This document shows, one piece after another, positions 9,980 through 19,729 of a stretch of 64,000 bases of DNA. Within the stretch, counting starts at the first letter, position 1; every line of letters begins with the position of its first letter. This DNA comes from Candidatus Thalassarchaeum sp. (GTDB lineage Archaea; Thermoplasmatota; Poseidoniia; Poseidoniales; Thalassarchaeaceae). Under the pieces are notes generated by a model. It was not told the origin of the DNA, searched no databases, and worked only from the letters and a program-made list of their open reading frames with translations. Where the stretch lies: assembly GCA_022449345.1 (NCBI GenBank), contig JAKURL010000002.1, positions 36,302-100,301 on the forward strand, written 5' to 3'. Position numbers and translations under genes: made by a program.

Positions 9980-10564
9980 ATGCAACGGCGCGCGACGACG
10001 ACAATCAAGGTCGACGATGGCTTGCAGATGCGTCCTGCAAATACCACTCATTTAGATACCCTTCAGGAGGCTTTCGAGGAAACTTGGCCAGAGGTTAGCA
10101 GAGCCATGCCTTGGATTCTTCCAGAGAAGGAGATAGAGCCTCAGTTAGCCGATTTTCTCGACGAAACCGAACGCACCGGAAGAGTTGGCCGAATGCATCA
10201 TTGGGTACTAATTAGGCCATGGGATGAGGCCGTTCTAGGACTCTTAGGATTCGACAGGGTAACTCGCTCCGCAGAAGCCGAATGGAATCTCGGATACTGG
10301 GTCCGATCATCGGAACAACGCAGAGGGGTTGCTAGTCGAGCAATCGAGGCGGCACTAACTTGGATCGGAGAATTGGAATCGGTTTCGATTGAACTGAAAG
10401 TCGATCCCAATAACGCCGCCGGAAAGAGGACCGTGGAGAGAACGGTCCGGCGTTGGAAAGGCAGTCGTTGTGTATCTGGAGATTCGGCAATTACCGTCGC
10501 TGGAGTCCGCACACCTCATGAATGTCACCTCATTACAATTGGTCCCGAATCCGGTCCTCTATGA
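9980..10564 (+). CDS. GNAT-family N-acetyltransferase (RimJ/RimL-like)
   Basis: The NLGYW...RRGVASRA motif A pattern of GNAT. Confidence 0.65.
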   Translation: MQRRATTTIKVDDGLQMRPANTTHLDTLQEAFEETWPEVSRAMPWILPEKEIEPQLADFLDETERTGRVGRMHHWVLIRPWDEAVLGLLGFDRVTRSAEAEWNLGYWVRSSEQRRGVASRAIEAALTWIGELESVSIELKVDPNNAAGKRTVERTVRRWKGSRCVSGDSAITVAGVRTPHECHLITIGPESGPL

Positions 10565-10637
10565 GGACCGGTCTATAACACGACCATTCAAATCGGTAGG
10601 TATGTTCGGAAGTCTGCCCGGAGGGCAGGTGTTGGTG

Positions 10638-13292
10638 ATGTCAATCAATCACAGGCAACGACTTCCTGACATTGACCCTGAGGAAACCGACGAGTGGCTG
10701 GAGGCCCTGCGTTCGGTTGTGGATGCTCATGGAGTTGAGAGGGCGCGTCTGTTGTTACATGAACTAATGTCAGAGTCGGAGGATCTCGATGTAGAGATTG
10801 CTCCTATTGCTCAAACCCCCTATGTCAACACCATCGCTTGGGATCAACAGCCTCCTTATCCAGGCAATCTCGATACTGAGCAAGAAATTCAGAATTCGAT
10901 ACTTTGGAATTCGGCCTTGATGGTTTCAGATGCCAATCGTCGAATTGATGGAATCGGTGGACATATCTCCACCTATGCATCCTCTTCGACACTTTACGAG
11001 GTTGGATTTAACCACGTCTTCAGAGGTAAGGATAGCAACGGAATCGGCGATGCTCTTTACATCCAAGGCCATGGAAGTCCAGGGATTTATGCTAGGGCTT
11101 TCCTTGAAGGAAGATTGACTCGCGAACAATTGGCTAACTTTCGGCAAGAAGCATTTGCCGATGGTCTCTCATCGTATCCACATCCTCGCTTGATGTCTGA
11201 CTTCTGGGAGTACCCGACAGTCTCGATGGGGCTAGGTCCTCTATCGGCAGTGATGCACGCTCGATTCTGGAAGTACCTTCACAATCGAGGCTTGGCGGAC
11301 ACATCGGAATCGACTGTATTTGCATTCCTCGGCGATGGTGAGATGGACGAGCCGGAATCCATCGCCGCAATCGCTGTTGCCGGCCGAGAGAAGTTGGACA
11401 ATCTCATCACAATCGTCAACTGTAATCTGCAGCGATTGGACGGACCTGTTCGCGGCAACGCGAAGATTGTTCAAGAGTTGGAAGGCCTCTACAGAGGAGC
11501 CGGTTGGGAGGTATTCAAGGTCCTCTGGGATTCCAATTGGGATCGCCTCTTAGCTCAGGATAAGGACGGTGTTCTCCTTGCGCGCCTCGAGGAGATTACA
11601 GACGGCGACTTCCAGCGAATCAGCATTCTTGAGCCGGCTGAATTCAGAGCCGAAATTTTCGCCGGTAATCCTGCTCTAGTTGCGATGGGTCAGAACCTAT
11701 CTGATGAGGAAATCAGCAGATTGCGAAGGGGTGGCCATGATCCAATCAAGGTCTGGGCCGCCTATCATGCAGCCAAACAGTCGGACAAGCCAGCAGTCAT
11801 TCTAGCCCATACGGTGAAGGGTTGGGGAATCGATTCCTTTGAGGCTAGAAATAGCACTCATCAGAAGAAAAAGATGAGTCTTGACGACCTAAAACAATAC
11901 AGAGATGGACTCGGAATTGCAGTACCTGATGAAAACCTAGAGAATGACCCTTTCCACGAGTTTGACGAAGATAGTGATGCACTAGCATATATTCACCAGA
12001 GGAGACAGGCATTGGGAGGATACCTACCGAGTCGCCTTTCGCCAACTATCGAACAACCCCTGCCTAGAAACGAAACCTACGCAGCTTTCGATGAGGGCAC
12101 TCCAGAAGGTCAAGAGGTTTCAACAACCATGGTGTTTGTCCGTTTACTTCGAAATCTAATGAAGTCGGAAATTGGAGAAAAGATAGTTCCAATAATTCCC
12201 GACGAAGGACGAACATTTGGAATGGACCCGCTTTTTAGCGAGTTCGGAATTTACTCATCATTCGGTCAGCTGTACACTCCGGTTGACCACAAGATGCTGA
12301 TGAATTACAAAGAATTGACAAGCGGTCAGATTCTCCAAGAAGGAATTTCAGAAGCCAACTCAATCGCTTCTTGGATAGCCAGTGCAACTTCCTACGCCCA
12401 CGCAGGAATTCCTACCCTTCCATTCTATGTGTTCTACTCGATGTTTGGATTCCAGCGCGTCAACGACCAGATTTGGTCAGCGGCTGACGCGCGTGCGCGT
12501 GGCTTCCTAATGGGTGCAACCGCCGGGCGAACTACCCTGAATGGCGAAGGTCTGCAACACCAGGATGGGCACTCACTACTACACGCTAGTACTGTGCCAT
12601 CATGCCGTGCTTGGGATCCAGCTTATGCTTACGAGTTGGCGACCATAATCGAGCACGGCATCGATGAAATGTGGGGTAAAGACAAGGATGTCTTCCACTA
12701 TGTTATGCTCTACAATCAGAATGAGCAGCAGCCACCCAAGCCAAAGGGAATCGAGGCTGACTTGGTTAGAGGAGCGTATCGATATAGCGAGGCTGCTGAT
12801 GGAAACGGCCCTGTAATTCGCTTGCTTGGTTCGGGTCCGATTCTTTCCCACGTGCGAGAGGCCGCTGATATGTTGGCCGAGCACGGAGTAAGGGCAGAAG
12901 TCTGGTCTGTTCCTTCCTATGGTGAGTTGCGAAGAGCGGGACTTGCAGCTGAGAGAGCAACCCGCTTCGACCCTCAAAACCCTCAGACAGCCTTTGTCTC
13001 GGAGTGTTTTGGTGATGATGTCACAACCGTAGCGGCTTCCGATTATATCGCGGCCGTACCGGAGATGATTCAACGCTGGGTTGGAGGACGGTTCGTAGTG
13101 CTTGGAACCGATGGCTACGGCCGCTCCGACACCCGCGACTCATTACGCCGATTCTTTGAGATCGATACCGCCAGCATCGTCGTCGCGGCCCTCTCTGCTT
13201 TGGAGCAGGAAGGCTCGTTAGATTCCGGAACTACGAAGAAGGCAGCAAAGAAATTGGAAATCTCAGCCGATAGATTCGATAAGACGGAGTGA
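10638..13292 (+). CDS. aceE: pyruvate dehydrogenase E1 component, homodimeric AceE type
   Basis: N-terminal DIDPEETDEWLEALRSV, a ThDP motif GDGEMDEPES, and a length of 884 aa from the ATG at 10638; the ORF-track start at 10470 overlaps the GNAT gene and is rejected. Confidence 0.85.
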   Translation: MSINHRQRLPDIDPEETDEWLEALRSVVDAHGVERARLLLHELMSESEDLDVEIAPIAQTPYVNTIAWDQQPPYPGNLDTEQEIQNSILWNSALMVSDANRRIDGIGGHISTYASSSTLYEVGFNHVFRGKDSNGIGDALYIQGHGSPGIYARAFLEGRLTREQLANFRQEAFADGLSSYPHPRLMSDFWEYPTVSMGLGPLSAVMHARFWKYLHNRGLADTSESTVFAFLGDGEMDEPESIAAIAVAGREKLDNLITIVNCNLQRLDGPVRGNAKIVQELEGLYRGAGWEVFKVLWDSNWDRLLAQDKDGVLLARLEEITDGDFQRISILEPAEFRAEIFAGNPALVAMGQNLSDEEISRLRRGGHDPIKVWAAYHAAKQSDKPAVILAHTVKGWGIDSFEARNSTHQKKKMSLDDLKQYRDGLGIAVPDENLENDPFHEFDEDSDALAYIHQRRQALGGYLPSRLSPTIEQPLPRNETYAAFDEGTPEGQEVSTTMVFVRLLRNLMKSEIGEKIVPIIPDEGRTFGMDPLFSEFGIYSSFGQLYTPVDHKMLMNYKELTSGQILQEGISEANSIASWIASATSYAHAGIPTLPFYVFYSMFGFQRVNDQIWSAADARARGFLMGATAGRTTLNGEGLQHQDGHSLLHASTVPSCRAWDPAYAYELATIIEHGIDEMWGKDKDVFHYVMLYNQNEQQPPKPKGIEADLVRGAYRYSEAADGNGPVIRLLGSGPILSHVREAADMLAEHGVRAEVWSVPSYGELRRAGLAAERATRFDPQNPQTAFVSECFGDDVTTVAASDYIAAVPEMIQRWVGGRFVVLGTDGYGRSDTRDSLRRFFEIDTASIVVAALSALEQEGSLDSGTTKKAAKKLEISADRFDKTE

Positions 13293-13297
13293 ATTGT

Positions 13298-13396
13298 ATG
13301 GCCAAGCCATTGCGTGCAATTTTGGCTGTATTCAAGTTCATGGGTCGTATCGGTTTTATTCTTAGATTCGTTAAGCGTTTAGTTAGACGCAAATAA
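13298..13396 (+). CDS. possible 32-aa basic/hydrophobic micro-protein (MAKPLRAILAVFKFMGRIGFILRFVKRLVRRK)
   Basis: ATG-initiated ORF in the aceE/MBL intergenic gap; not in the ORF track because it is below 60 aa. Confidence 0.2.
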   Translation: MAKPLRAILAVFKFMGRIGFILRFVKRLVRRK

Positions 13397-13399
13397 AAT

Positions 13400-14152
13400 T
13401 CAAGCTGCGATATCATCATCGAATCTTTGGAATGGTAAATTTTCGAAGACTTCTAACTCTCTTGCATTCAATGCGTAGTTGTGAGCTAGGGCCTCAGCAA
13501 CCGTTACCCAGTCAGGGGTTGAGCCATCTATCCAATCATATCGATGTCCCGGAATCAATCTCCAATCTTGTGGCAAATCTCTCAGAATACCTCTGGCGCA
13601 TAATACTGACCACCACTGCGCGGTTGGGTCTGAGCCGGGTAGGTCGACTCTACCCGAAGCGGCTGTGAATAGCAGGTCTCCTGCGTGATAGATACCATGG
13701 CCGTGGAAGGTGCAATGTCCTGGGGCGTGACCGGGTGAATGGGTGACGCTGAGGGTAATTCCTCCTGCTGACCATTCAACGCTGGAGTTTGGATGATGAT
13801 TCCACTCATTTGTCAATGAGACATTTCCGAATACAAAGCGGCCGAGGAATGACTTGTGAATCGAGCCGTGATGTCCCCAGACCTCGGCCTCGGGTACCAA
13901 TTCCATCATTTTGGCATACCCTGCGGTATGGTCGCGGTGAGTATGCGTGTAGAGGATATGAGTGGGCTGCAGTCCCTCGCTTGCAAGCGCTTCAACCCAA
14001 CGTTCGGAATCAAATGGATCGGTGATTGCAACAATCCCGTTCTCTCTGTCAATCCATGCAGTATTCATGTTCATGTAAGCGCCCATCTGGGTAACCCAGA
14101 CCTCGATTCCAGCATCATCAGTGCGGACATCGAACTCGCCATCACCTAGCAT
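13400..14152 (-). CDS. MBL-fold metallo-hydrolase
   Basis: HTHRDH (HxHxDH) plus downstream His/Asp ligands. Confidence 0.8.
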   Translation of the reverse strand: MLGDGEFDVRTDDAGIEVWVTQMGAYMNMNTAWIDRENGIVAITDPFDSERWVEALASEGLQPTHILYTHTHRDHTAGYAKMMELVPEAEVWGHHGSIHKSFLGRFVFGNVSLTNEWNHHPNSSVEWSAGGITLSVTHSPGHAPGHCTFHGHGIYHAGDLLFTAASGRVDLPGSDPTAQWWSVLCARGILRDLPQDWRLIPGHRYDWIDGSTPDWVTVAEALAHNYALNARELEVFENLPFQRFDDDIAA

Positions 14153-14362
14153 CGCTATCGGGGAGGGGCTTCTGAGGCATAGCGATGGCGATTGATTACG
14201 GCCTCTATTGGAGTCTCAAGCCAATGATTGAAAGCGAGAAGGCTCGACGCGGAGTCATGGCTCGAACGCCTGCTACACCTTACTTCGCGGCTGGCGACTC
14301 ACTGAGCCTGCTGCTTAGCTTGGGAGTCTGAAAGGACTCCCATTTTCGAATGAGGTGAATAA

Positions 14363-17236
14363 ATGGCATACGATTCCGCAGACATTGAGACGCGCTGGCA
14401 GGCTCGCTGGCGAGACGCGCGCGTCTTTGATGCCGAAGTTGATGATTCTCGTCCGAAATTCTACTGTCTCGAGATGTTCCCATATCCATCTGGCTACATG
14501 CACATGGGTCACGTTAGGAATTACTCGATTGGAGACGCCATGGCACGCTTCCAACGCTTGATGGGCAAGAATGTACTCTATCCGATGGGATACGACTCGT
14601 TCGGAATGCCCGCCGAGAACGCTGCAAAGAAGGAAGGCGGGCATCCTCACACTGTAACTGAGCGAAATATCGAGATGATCCGTGCAGATCAGGAGAGAAT
14701 GGGATATTCCTACGACTGGCGACGTGTATTCGCTACTTCGACGCCAGAATATTACCGATGGAATCAGGAGTTATTCTTGCGATTCAACGAGGCTGGCTTG
14801 GTCGAAAGGCGATTTGCTCCAGTCAACTGGTGTGACGATTGTGATACCGTTCTTGCAAATGAACAGGTGAAGAATAATCGCTGCTGGCGATGTGGTCTTG
14901 AGGTAGTTCAGAAGGACATGGCACAGTGGTTCTTACGCATGACAAAGTACGCTGATGAACTATTGGACGAACTCGATCACATAGAATTCCCAGAGAATGT
15001 CAAGGCCATGCAACGCAATTGGATTGGTAGATCACATGGCGCGCATATCGAATTCCCTGTCGTCGGTGATGTTGACGGTCAATCAGCCAGTATAGGGGCG
15101 TTTACCACACGTCCGGACACTATCTTTGGAGTCACTTTCGTAACTCTGTCTCCAGAACATCCTCTCTGCGAACCGCTAGTTGCCGGAACAGAATTCGAGC
15201 AGGCTTGGAGAGACTTGGCAGAAGAGTGCGCTAGAATGTCAGAGTTTGAGAGAGTCAATATGCTGAAGGAGAAAAAGGGAGTTCCTCTCGGGCGATTCGC
15301 TACAAATCCACTAACCGGAGAGGAAGTTCCAATCTTTGCAGGCAATTTCGTTGTCGCCAGCTACGGAACAGGGGCTGTAATGGCGGTCCCAGGACATGAC
15401 CAACGAGATTACGACTTCGCCAAGAAGTACGGACTTGAAATCAAGCCAGTTCTATCCCGAAGCGAGGGTGGTGAAGGGATTGAGGAGAATCCCGTATTCG
15501 ATGGCTTAGGTTGGATGGTTAATTCAACTGCCGAGGGGTTCGACGGGCTCTTCGGTGATGACGCAAAGACCGCGGTAATTTCTGCCTTAGAAGCAAGGGA
15601 AACAGGCCATGGGTCGGTGGAGTATCGACTGAAGGATTGGTTACTCAGTCGCCAGCGCTTCTGGGGCACTCCGATTCCAATGCTCCACTGTGATGCCTGC
15701 GGCGTCGTTCCTGTTCCCTACGAAGAACTGCCCGTTGAGTTGCCGTTGGACGTTACTTTCAGTTGGGAAGAGAGTGGTAATCCGCTCGCGCGCAGTGAAT
15801 CATTCCTTGCAGCAACTTGTCCGCAGTGCAGCGCTCCTGCGCGTCGAGAAACCGATACGATGGATACTTTCTATGATTCATCTTGGTATTTTATGAGATT
15901 CGCTGATTCGTCCAACGAATCAGCTTCTTTCGATCGTCAAGCGGTTGATTATTGGATGAATTGCGGGGTCGATTTGTACATCGGTGGTATCGAACACGCC
16001 GTTATGCATCTGCTATATGCTCGCTTCTTCACCAAAGCAACTCGCGATCTCGGAATGAACGAGGTCGGTGAGCCATTCGGGCGCTTGGTCTGTCAGGGTA
16101 TGCTAAACGCTCCCGCGCCTTTCTGTGTCGTTTGTAACACAGAATATCATGTAGATAATTTCGGAGGAGATTGTCCGAATTGTGGGGGAGGTCTAGGCTC
16201 TCGATCTGCAAAGATGAGCAAGAGTCTCGGAAACACCGTTAGTCCGGGCGAGATGGTAGATCGATTCGGTGCTGATACCGTTCGCCTGTTCATTCTCTTC
16301 GGTGCGAATCCCGAGGCTGGAATGGATTGGTCAGATAATGCAGTAATCGCAAATCACAAACAGGTTTGTTCGATTATCGACGCTTTTGAGCACGGGATGT
16401 CGCTAGAAGATTCCTCCGGCCCAATGGATTCGTGGTTGTTGGCTCGCCTGCGAGTAAACCAGAATCGTTGGCGAGATTGCATGCAAGCAGTCAGCCTTAG
16501 AGAAGGTGTGATGGTGAGCCACTTTGAGATGCTTGCAGATTGGCAGTGGTATCTGCGAAGAGGAGGCTCTGATAGGGCAACTGCACACCAGTTCCTAAGT
16601 GGATGGGCGCCGATGTTAGCACCTGCGACACCGCATATTGCAGAAGAGTTCTGGGCAGCTCTTGGTGAGAGCGAATCAGCAAGTATGCTGGCAATTCAAG
16701 AGATGGAATTTTACTCTGGAGAAGAAGGTGATGCAGAAGCCCTTGCCCGAGAAGCCTACCTGCGTGGAGTCATTGAATCAGCTCGGAATTTGAGAGGCCT
16801 AGCAGAACGCCATTCGGATGCAGAAATTTCCGGAGTCGTCATCCAAACCGCTCCATCTTGGAAAGCAGACTTAGCCCGTGAAGCAGTCAAGTTAGCAACC
16901 GAGGACTTCGATTTCAAGGGCCAAGGTCAAGATTATCTAAAGTCGCTGGTGATTTTCGAAAATGAGTCATTGAGGGGAGAAATTTTCCAGACTTGGATGG
17001 CTCTTACCATGGGCTCAAAGAAGAAGCGAGGCCGAATTCACACTTGGGCTGACGGTGAGAAACAATTGGTCATGAGCGGCCTTGACGAGAGCGAGGTAAT
17101 CAATTCCGCAGCCGACTTCCTCACTGCTGCTTTGGGAGTCGATTCGGTAATCGCTTACCCTGTTGGAGAGGGTGAGGATGTCGCTGGTAAGGCGCGAGTT
17201 GCCTTCCCACTAGAGCCTGGTATCGCTTTTGTTTGA
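14363..17236 (+). CDS. leuS: leucyl-tRNA synthetase, archaeal/eukaryotic type
   Basis: HMGHVRNY (HIGH-type) and KMSKSLGN motifs, a CP1 editing domain, 957 aa. Confidence 0.95.
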   Translation: MAYDSADIETRWQARWRDARVFDAEVDDSRPKFYCLEMFPYPSGYMHMGHVRNYSIGDAMARFQRLMGKNVLYPMGYDSFGMPAENAAKKEGGHPHTVTERNIEMIRADQERMGYSYDWRRVFATSTPEYYRWNQELFLRFNEAGLVERRFAPVNWCDDCDTVLANEQVKNNRCWRCGLEVVQKDMAQWFLRMTKYADELLDELDHIEFPENVKAMQRNWIGRSHGAHIEFPVVGDVDGQSASIGAFTTRPDTIFGVTFVTLSPEHPLCEPLVAGTEFEQAWRDLAEECARMSEFERVNMLKEKKGVPLGRFATNPLTGEEVPIFAGNFVVASYGTGAVMAVPGHDQRDYDFAKKYGLEIKPVLSRSEGGEGIEENPVFDGLGWMVNSTAEGFDGLFGDDAKTAVISALEARETGHGSVEYRLKDWLLSRQRFWGTPIPMLHCDACGVVPVPYEELPVELPLDVTFSWEESGNPLARSESFLAATCPQCSAPARRETDTMDTFYDSSWYFMRFADSSNESASFDRQAVDYWMNCGVDLYIGGIEHAVMHLLYARFFTKATRDLGMNEVGEPFGRLVCQGMLNAPAPFCVVCNTEYHVDNFGGDCPNCGGGLGSRSAKMSKSLGNTVSPGEMVDRFGADTVRLFILFGANPEAGMDWSDNAVIANHKQVCSIIDAFEHGMSLEDSSGPMDSWLLARLRVNQNRWRDCMQAVSLREGVMVSHFEMLADWQWYLRRGGSDRATAHQFLSGWAPMLAPATPHIAEEFWAALGESESASMLAIQEMEFYSGEEGDAEALAREAYLRGVIESARNLRGLAERHSDAEISGVVIQTAPSWKADLAREAVKLATEDFDFKGQGQDYLKSLVIFENESLRGEIFQTWMALTMGSKKKRGRIHTWADGEKQLVMSGLDESEVINSAADFLTAALGVDSVIAYPVGEGEDVAGKARVAFPLEPGIAFV

Positions 17237-17245
17237 GGGCTAGCG

Positions 17246-17602
17246 ATGGACGCGCAATACACCGTTCTCATCGACGGATTCTGTCCTGTTTGCACCGGCT
17301 GGGCGGTCTTTATCAACAAGAGAGATTCATCGGGACGTTTCTCAATCGTTGCTCAGGAAACTCCAGAAGGAGAGCGGATTTTAACTAGCCGTCCGGAAAC
17401 AATGTCGGACCTTGATTCAGTATTCTTCATCGATGAATCGGGTAAATGGTATGCTCAGTCGTCAGCGGTTATTCGGATTCTTCTTGGCCTTGGCTTTCCG
17501 TATAATCTAGGGGCAGTTATTTGGTTGATTCCAAGTCCAGTACGAAACTTCGCTTACGGTCTCTATGCTCGCCATCGTAAGCGAAACCCAAGCGACTCGT
17601 GA
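17246..17602 (+). CDS. DCC-family thiol-disulfide oxidoreductase (DUF393)
   Basis: LIDGFCPVCTGW motif, about 118 aa. Confidence 0.7.
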   Translation: MDAQYTVLIDGFCPVCTGWAVFINKRDSSGRFSIVAQETPEGERILTSRPETMSDLDSVFFIDESGKWYAQSSAVIRILLGLGFPYNLGAVIWLIPSPVRNFAYGLYARHRKRNPSDS

Positions 17603-17662
17603 TAGAGAATTGGACATCTTCAGCGCGAGGGTTCATGGGCGGTCGACCGGTCGCACGCTTCG

Positions 17663-18718
17663 TTGAGCGAGAATAAGGAAGGTAGAGGCCGTCGCAGAAG
17701 GCGACGTCCGCGAAGGAAGCCGGCCAATGCTGCCGAATCTCGGCCATGGTCGCAAGGAGATTCCGAGGCGGTAGATCGAGCCTTAGCGCGCTTTCAACAA
17801 AACCCTCCTCCGATGGGGATGCCGGATTCGCTAGATCCTCCACCGAGGGAAAGGCAACTCCGATGGAGAACAAATTCTGTTCCCAAAGATATCCAAAAGA
17901 AGGTCGCTGACATCGTCTGCAGACCGGGTGAATTTGGCTTCCTTCCTGAAGAAAGGGTTGAGGAAATTAAAAGTCAAATAGACCATCTTCCGATTACTGT
18001 CGAACAAGCACTATCGCTTCGCGGTGCATTGAATCAGGAGAAGAGCGTACATTCTCATGGCCGTCTGATGCGTAATGCAAATCAGTTACGACGGCGCTAT
18101 GACAAGGGCGAAGGAGTTCTGACTCTCTCTCAACGATTTGACGCCCCGCCAGTCAATACATTCAGAGCCATACTTAGCGGACGGGGCTGGTCAAAGAATC
18201 GAATCAAAGAGACACTGAAAAATCCCAAGAGGTTGAACGAGCGAGACCGAGAGGAATTTTCCAAAGCCGAGGAAGCAGACAAAGTCAGTTCAGTCAATCA
18301 GGCCGATACTCATACCGCTGCAGAGGTATTCGAGGACATTTTGTGCGCACACTTTGATTTCCTAGACATACGCTTCCGAAGGCAAGAGGATTTACTCCGT
18401 GAGCAAAAACAATCCGAAGGCCGAGCGGTTTTGACTCCCGACCTTCTGCTATTGGATGATGTTAGAATCAATGGTGTACCATGCGCTTGGATTGATGCCA
18501 AGCATTTCTACGGTGCTGACTTGAGATTCCCACGAAAGAAGACTCAGAAACAGGTTGATCGATACGTCAAGGAATATGGCCAAGGAGCAATCGTATATCG
18601 ACACGGATTCAGCGGCTCATTGGTTCAGAAAGGAGCAATTTTACTCGACGCTAGTCCGCTGGATTTGACTCCGCTTGACGAATTCCACGAAAGTCGAGCC
18701 GGCGGTTCACACTCATGA
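17663..18718 (+). CDS. hypothetical protein with a poly-Arg N-terminus and a C-terminal TPD-motif PD-(D/E)xK nuclease-like domain (CDIN1/C15orf41-like)
   Basis: GRGRRRRRRPRRK at the N-terminus; ...VLTPDLLLLDDVRINGVPCAWIDAKHFYG shows the TPD motif and a D...(D/E)xK pattern. Confidence 0.4.
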   Translation: MSENKEGRGRRRRRRPRRKPANAAESRPWSQGDSEAVDRALARFQQNPPPMGMPDSLDPPPRERQLRWRTNSVPKDIQKKVADIVCRPGEFGFLPEERVEEIKSQIDHLPITVEQALSLRGALNQEKSVHSHGRLMRNANQLRRRYDKGEGVLTLSQRFDAPPVNTFRAILSGRGWSKNRIKETLKNPKRLNERDREEFSKAEEADKVSSVNQADTHTAAEVFEDILCAHFDFLDIRFRRQEDLLREQKQSEGRAVLTPDLLLLDDVRINGVPCAWIDAKHFYGADLRFPRKKTQKQVDRYVKEYGQGAIVYRHGFSGSLVQKGAILLDASPLDLTPLDEFHESRAGGSHS

Positions 18719-19687
18719 GACGGATCCGACGTAAGTCAGGGTAGAATCCAACCCTTCTTCAGCCAGTTCAGTCAATAATGAATCTAGAGTGATTGACCCA
18801 GAAAGCTCCCTTGGTACTATGGCAATACTTTCACCTAACATACAGAGCAAGACAGTGGTATCTGAGCCTAAACCAGTTCTCTGTGCTGCGTTTTGGCCTG
18901 ACTTTACCAAGGCGGAGCGGGATGCATCTTCGCTGAGTCCAGAATGTTTTGCAAAGGCCTCTGCTGAATCTAGAAGTTCTTTCCATCGAGAATTATCCCA
19001 AACACCCTCTGAAAGATGGTTCATCTGATTTATTCCAGCTTCTGTTATCGACTGTTTCCAATCTACATCATCGATATACTCAGATGTATGTCGTCCAGGA
19101 CTAGCACGCCAAGCTAAGACCACAGGTATCGACTTACTCCAACCTTCGGCTTTGCCAGGTCCATTTAGCAAATCTGCTCCCGAATAGGGAGCACCCGGAA
19201 TCAGTCTGCGCTCAACTCCACCAGCAGCTAATGCGGTAACGTCACCGAGGCCGGTTGAATTGTGTCTCTCTACCAAGTGAGCGATAGCGAAGGATCGACG
19301 CATACTCTCCTCGTGTGGTAACCCTAGCGCTCTTTGGAAGGCGACTGCGGCAGCGACTGCACCAGCCGCCGACATTCCGAATCCTTGCGAGGATGGTAAT
19401 TGGTTTCGAATGGCAATTTCCCAACTATGCTCTGTAATTGCAGGAATATCTTCTCTCAGCAGGTCCAAGACCTGCTGGAACATACTTGAATCACCATTTC
19501 CATCTAGGAATTTGACTTTTAGAGAATATTCTCCGGATTCGGCTCGTGCGATTGCCTCAGCCCCATCCGCGAGGCATAATCCAGCTCCGAGGCTGCCTTG
19601 CTTCATCGGGTCATCTTCGAGGTCATCTACTGTGAACAATAGGGTGACGTGCCCACCGCAGGTCCCGCGACCCAACACCGCAGTCAT
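18713..19687 (-). CDS. GHMP-kinase family protein (pantoate-kinase-like)
   Basis: PSSQGFGMSAAGAVAAAVA matches the GHMP ATP-binding motif PxGSGLGSSAA; about 320 aa. Confidence 0.65.
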   Translation of the reverse strand: MTAVLGRGTCGGHVTLLFTVDDLEDDPMKQGSLGAGLCLADGAEAIARAESGEYSLKVKFLDGNGDSSMFQQVLDLLREDIPAITEHSWEIAIRNQLPSSQGFGMSAAGAVAAAVAFQRALGLPHEESMRRSFAIAHLVERHNSTGLGDVTALAAGGVERRLIPGAPYSGADLLNGPGKAEGWSKSIPVVLAWRASPGRHTSEYIDDVDWKQSITEAGINQMNHLSEGVWDNSRWKELLDSAEAFAKHSGLSEDASRSALVKSGQNAAQRTGLGSDTTVLLCMLGESIAIVPRELSGSITLDSLLTELAEEGLDSTLTYVGSVS

Positions 19688-19729
19688 ATGACCTCATCTC
19701 CTAGGCACTGCAAGAATGCTGCGCCGGCA

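Noticed and set aside
10470-10637. ORF-track start of aceE at 10470 (MYLEIRQ...)
   Set aside because: It overlaps the end of the GNAT gene in another frame. The conserved AceE N-terminus begins at the ATG at 10638 (MSINHRQRLPDIDPEETDEWL).
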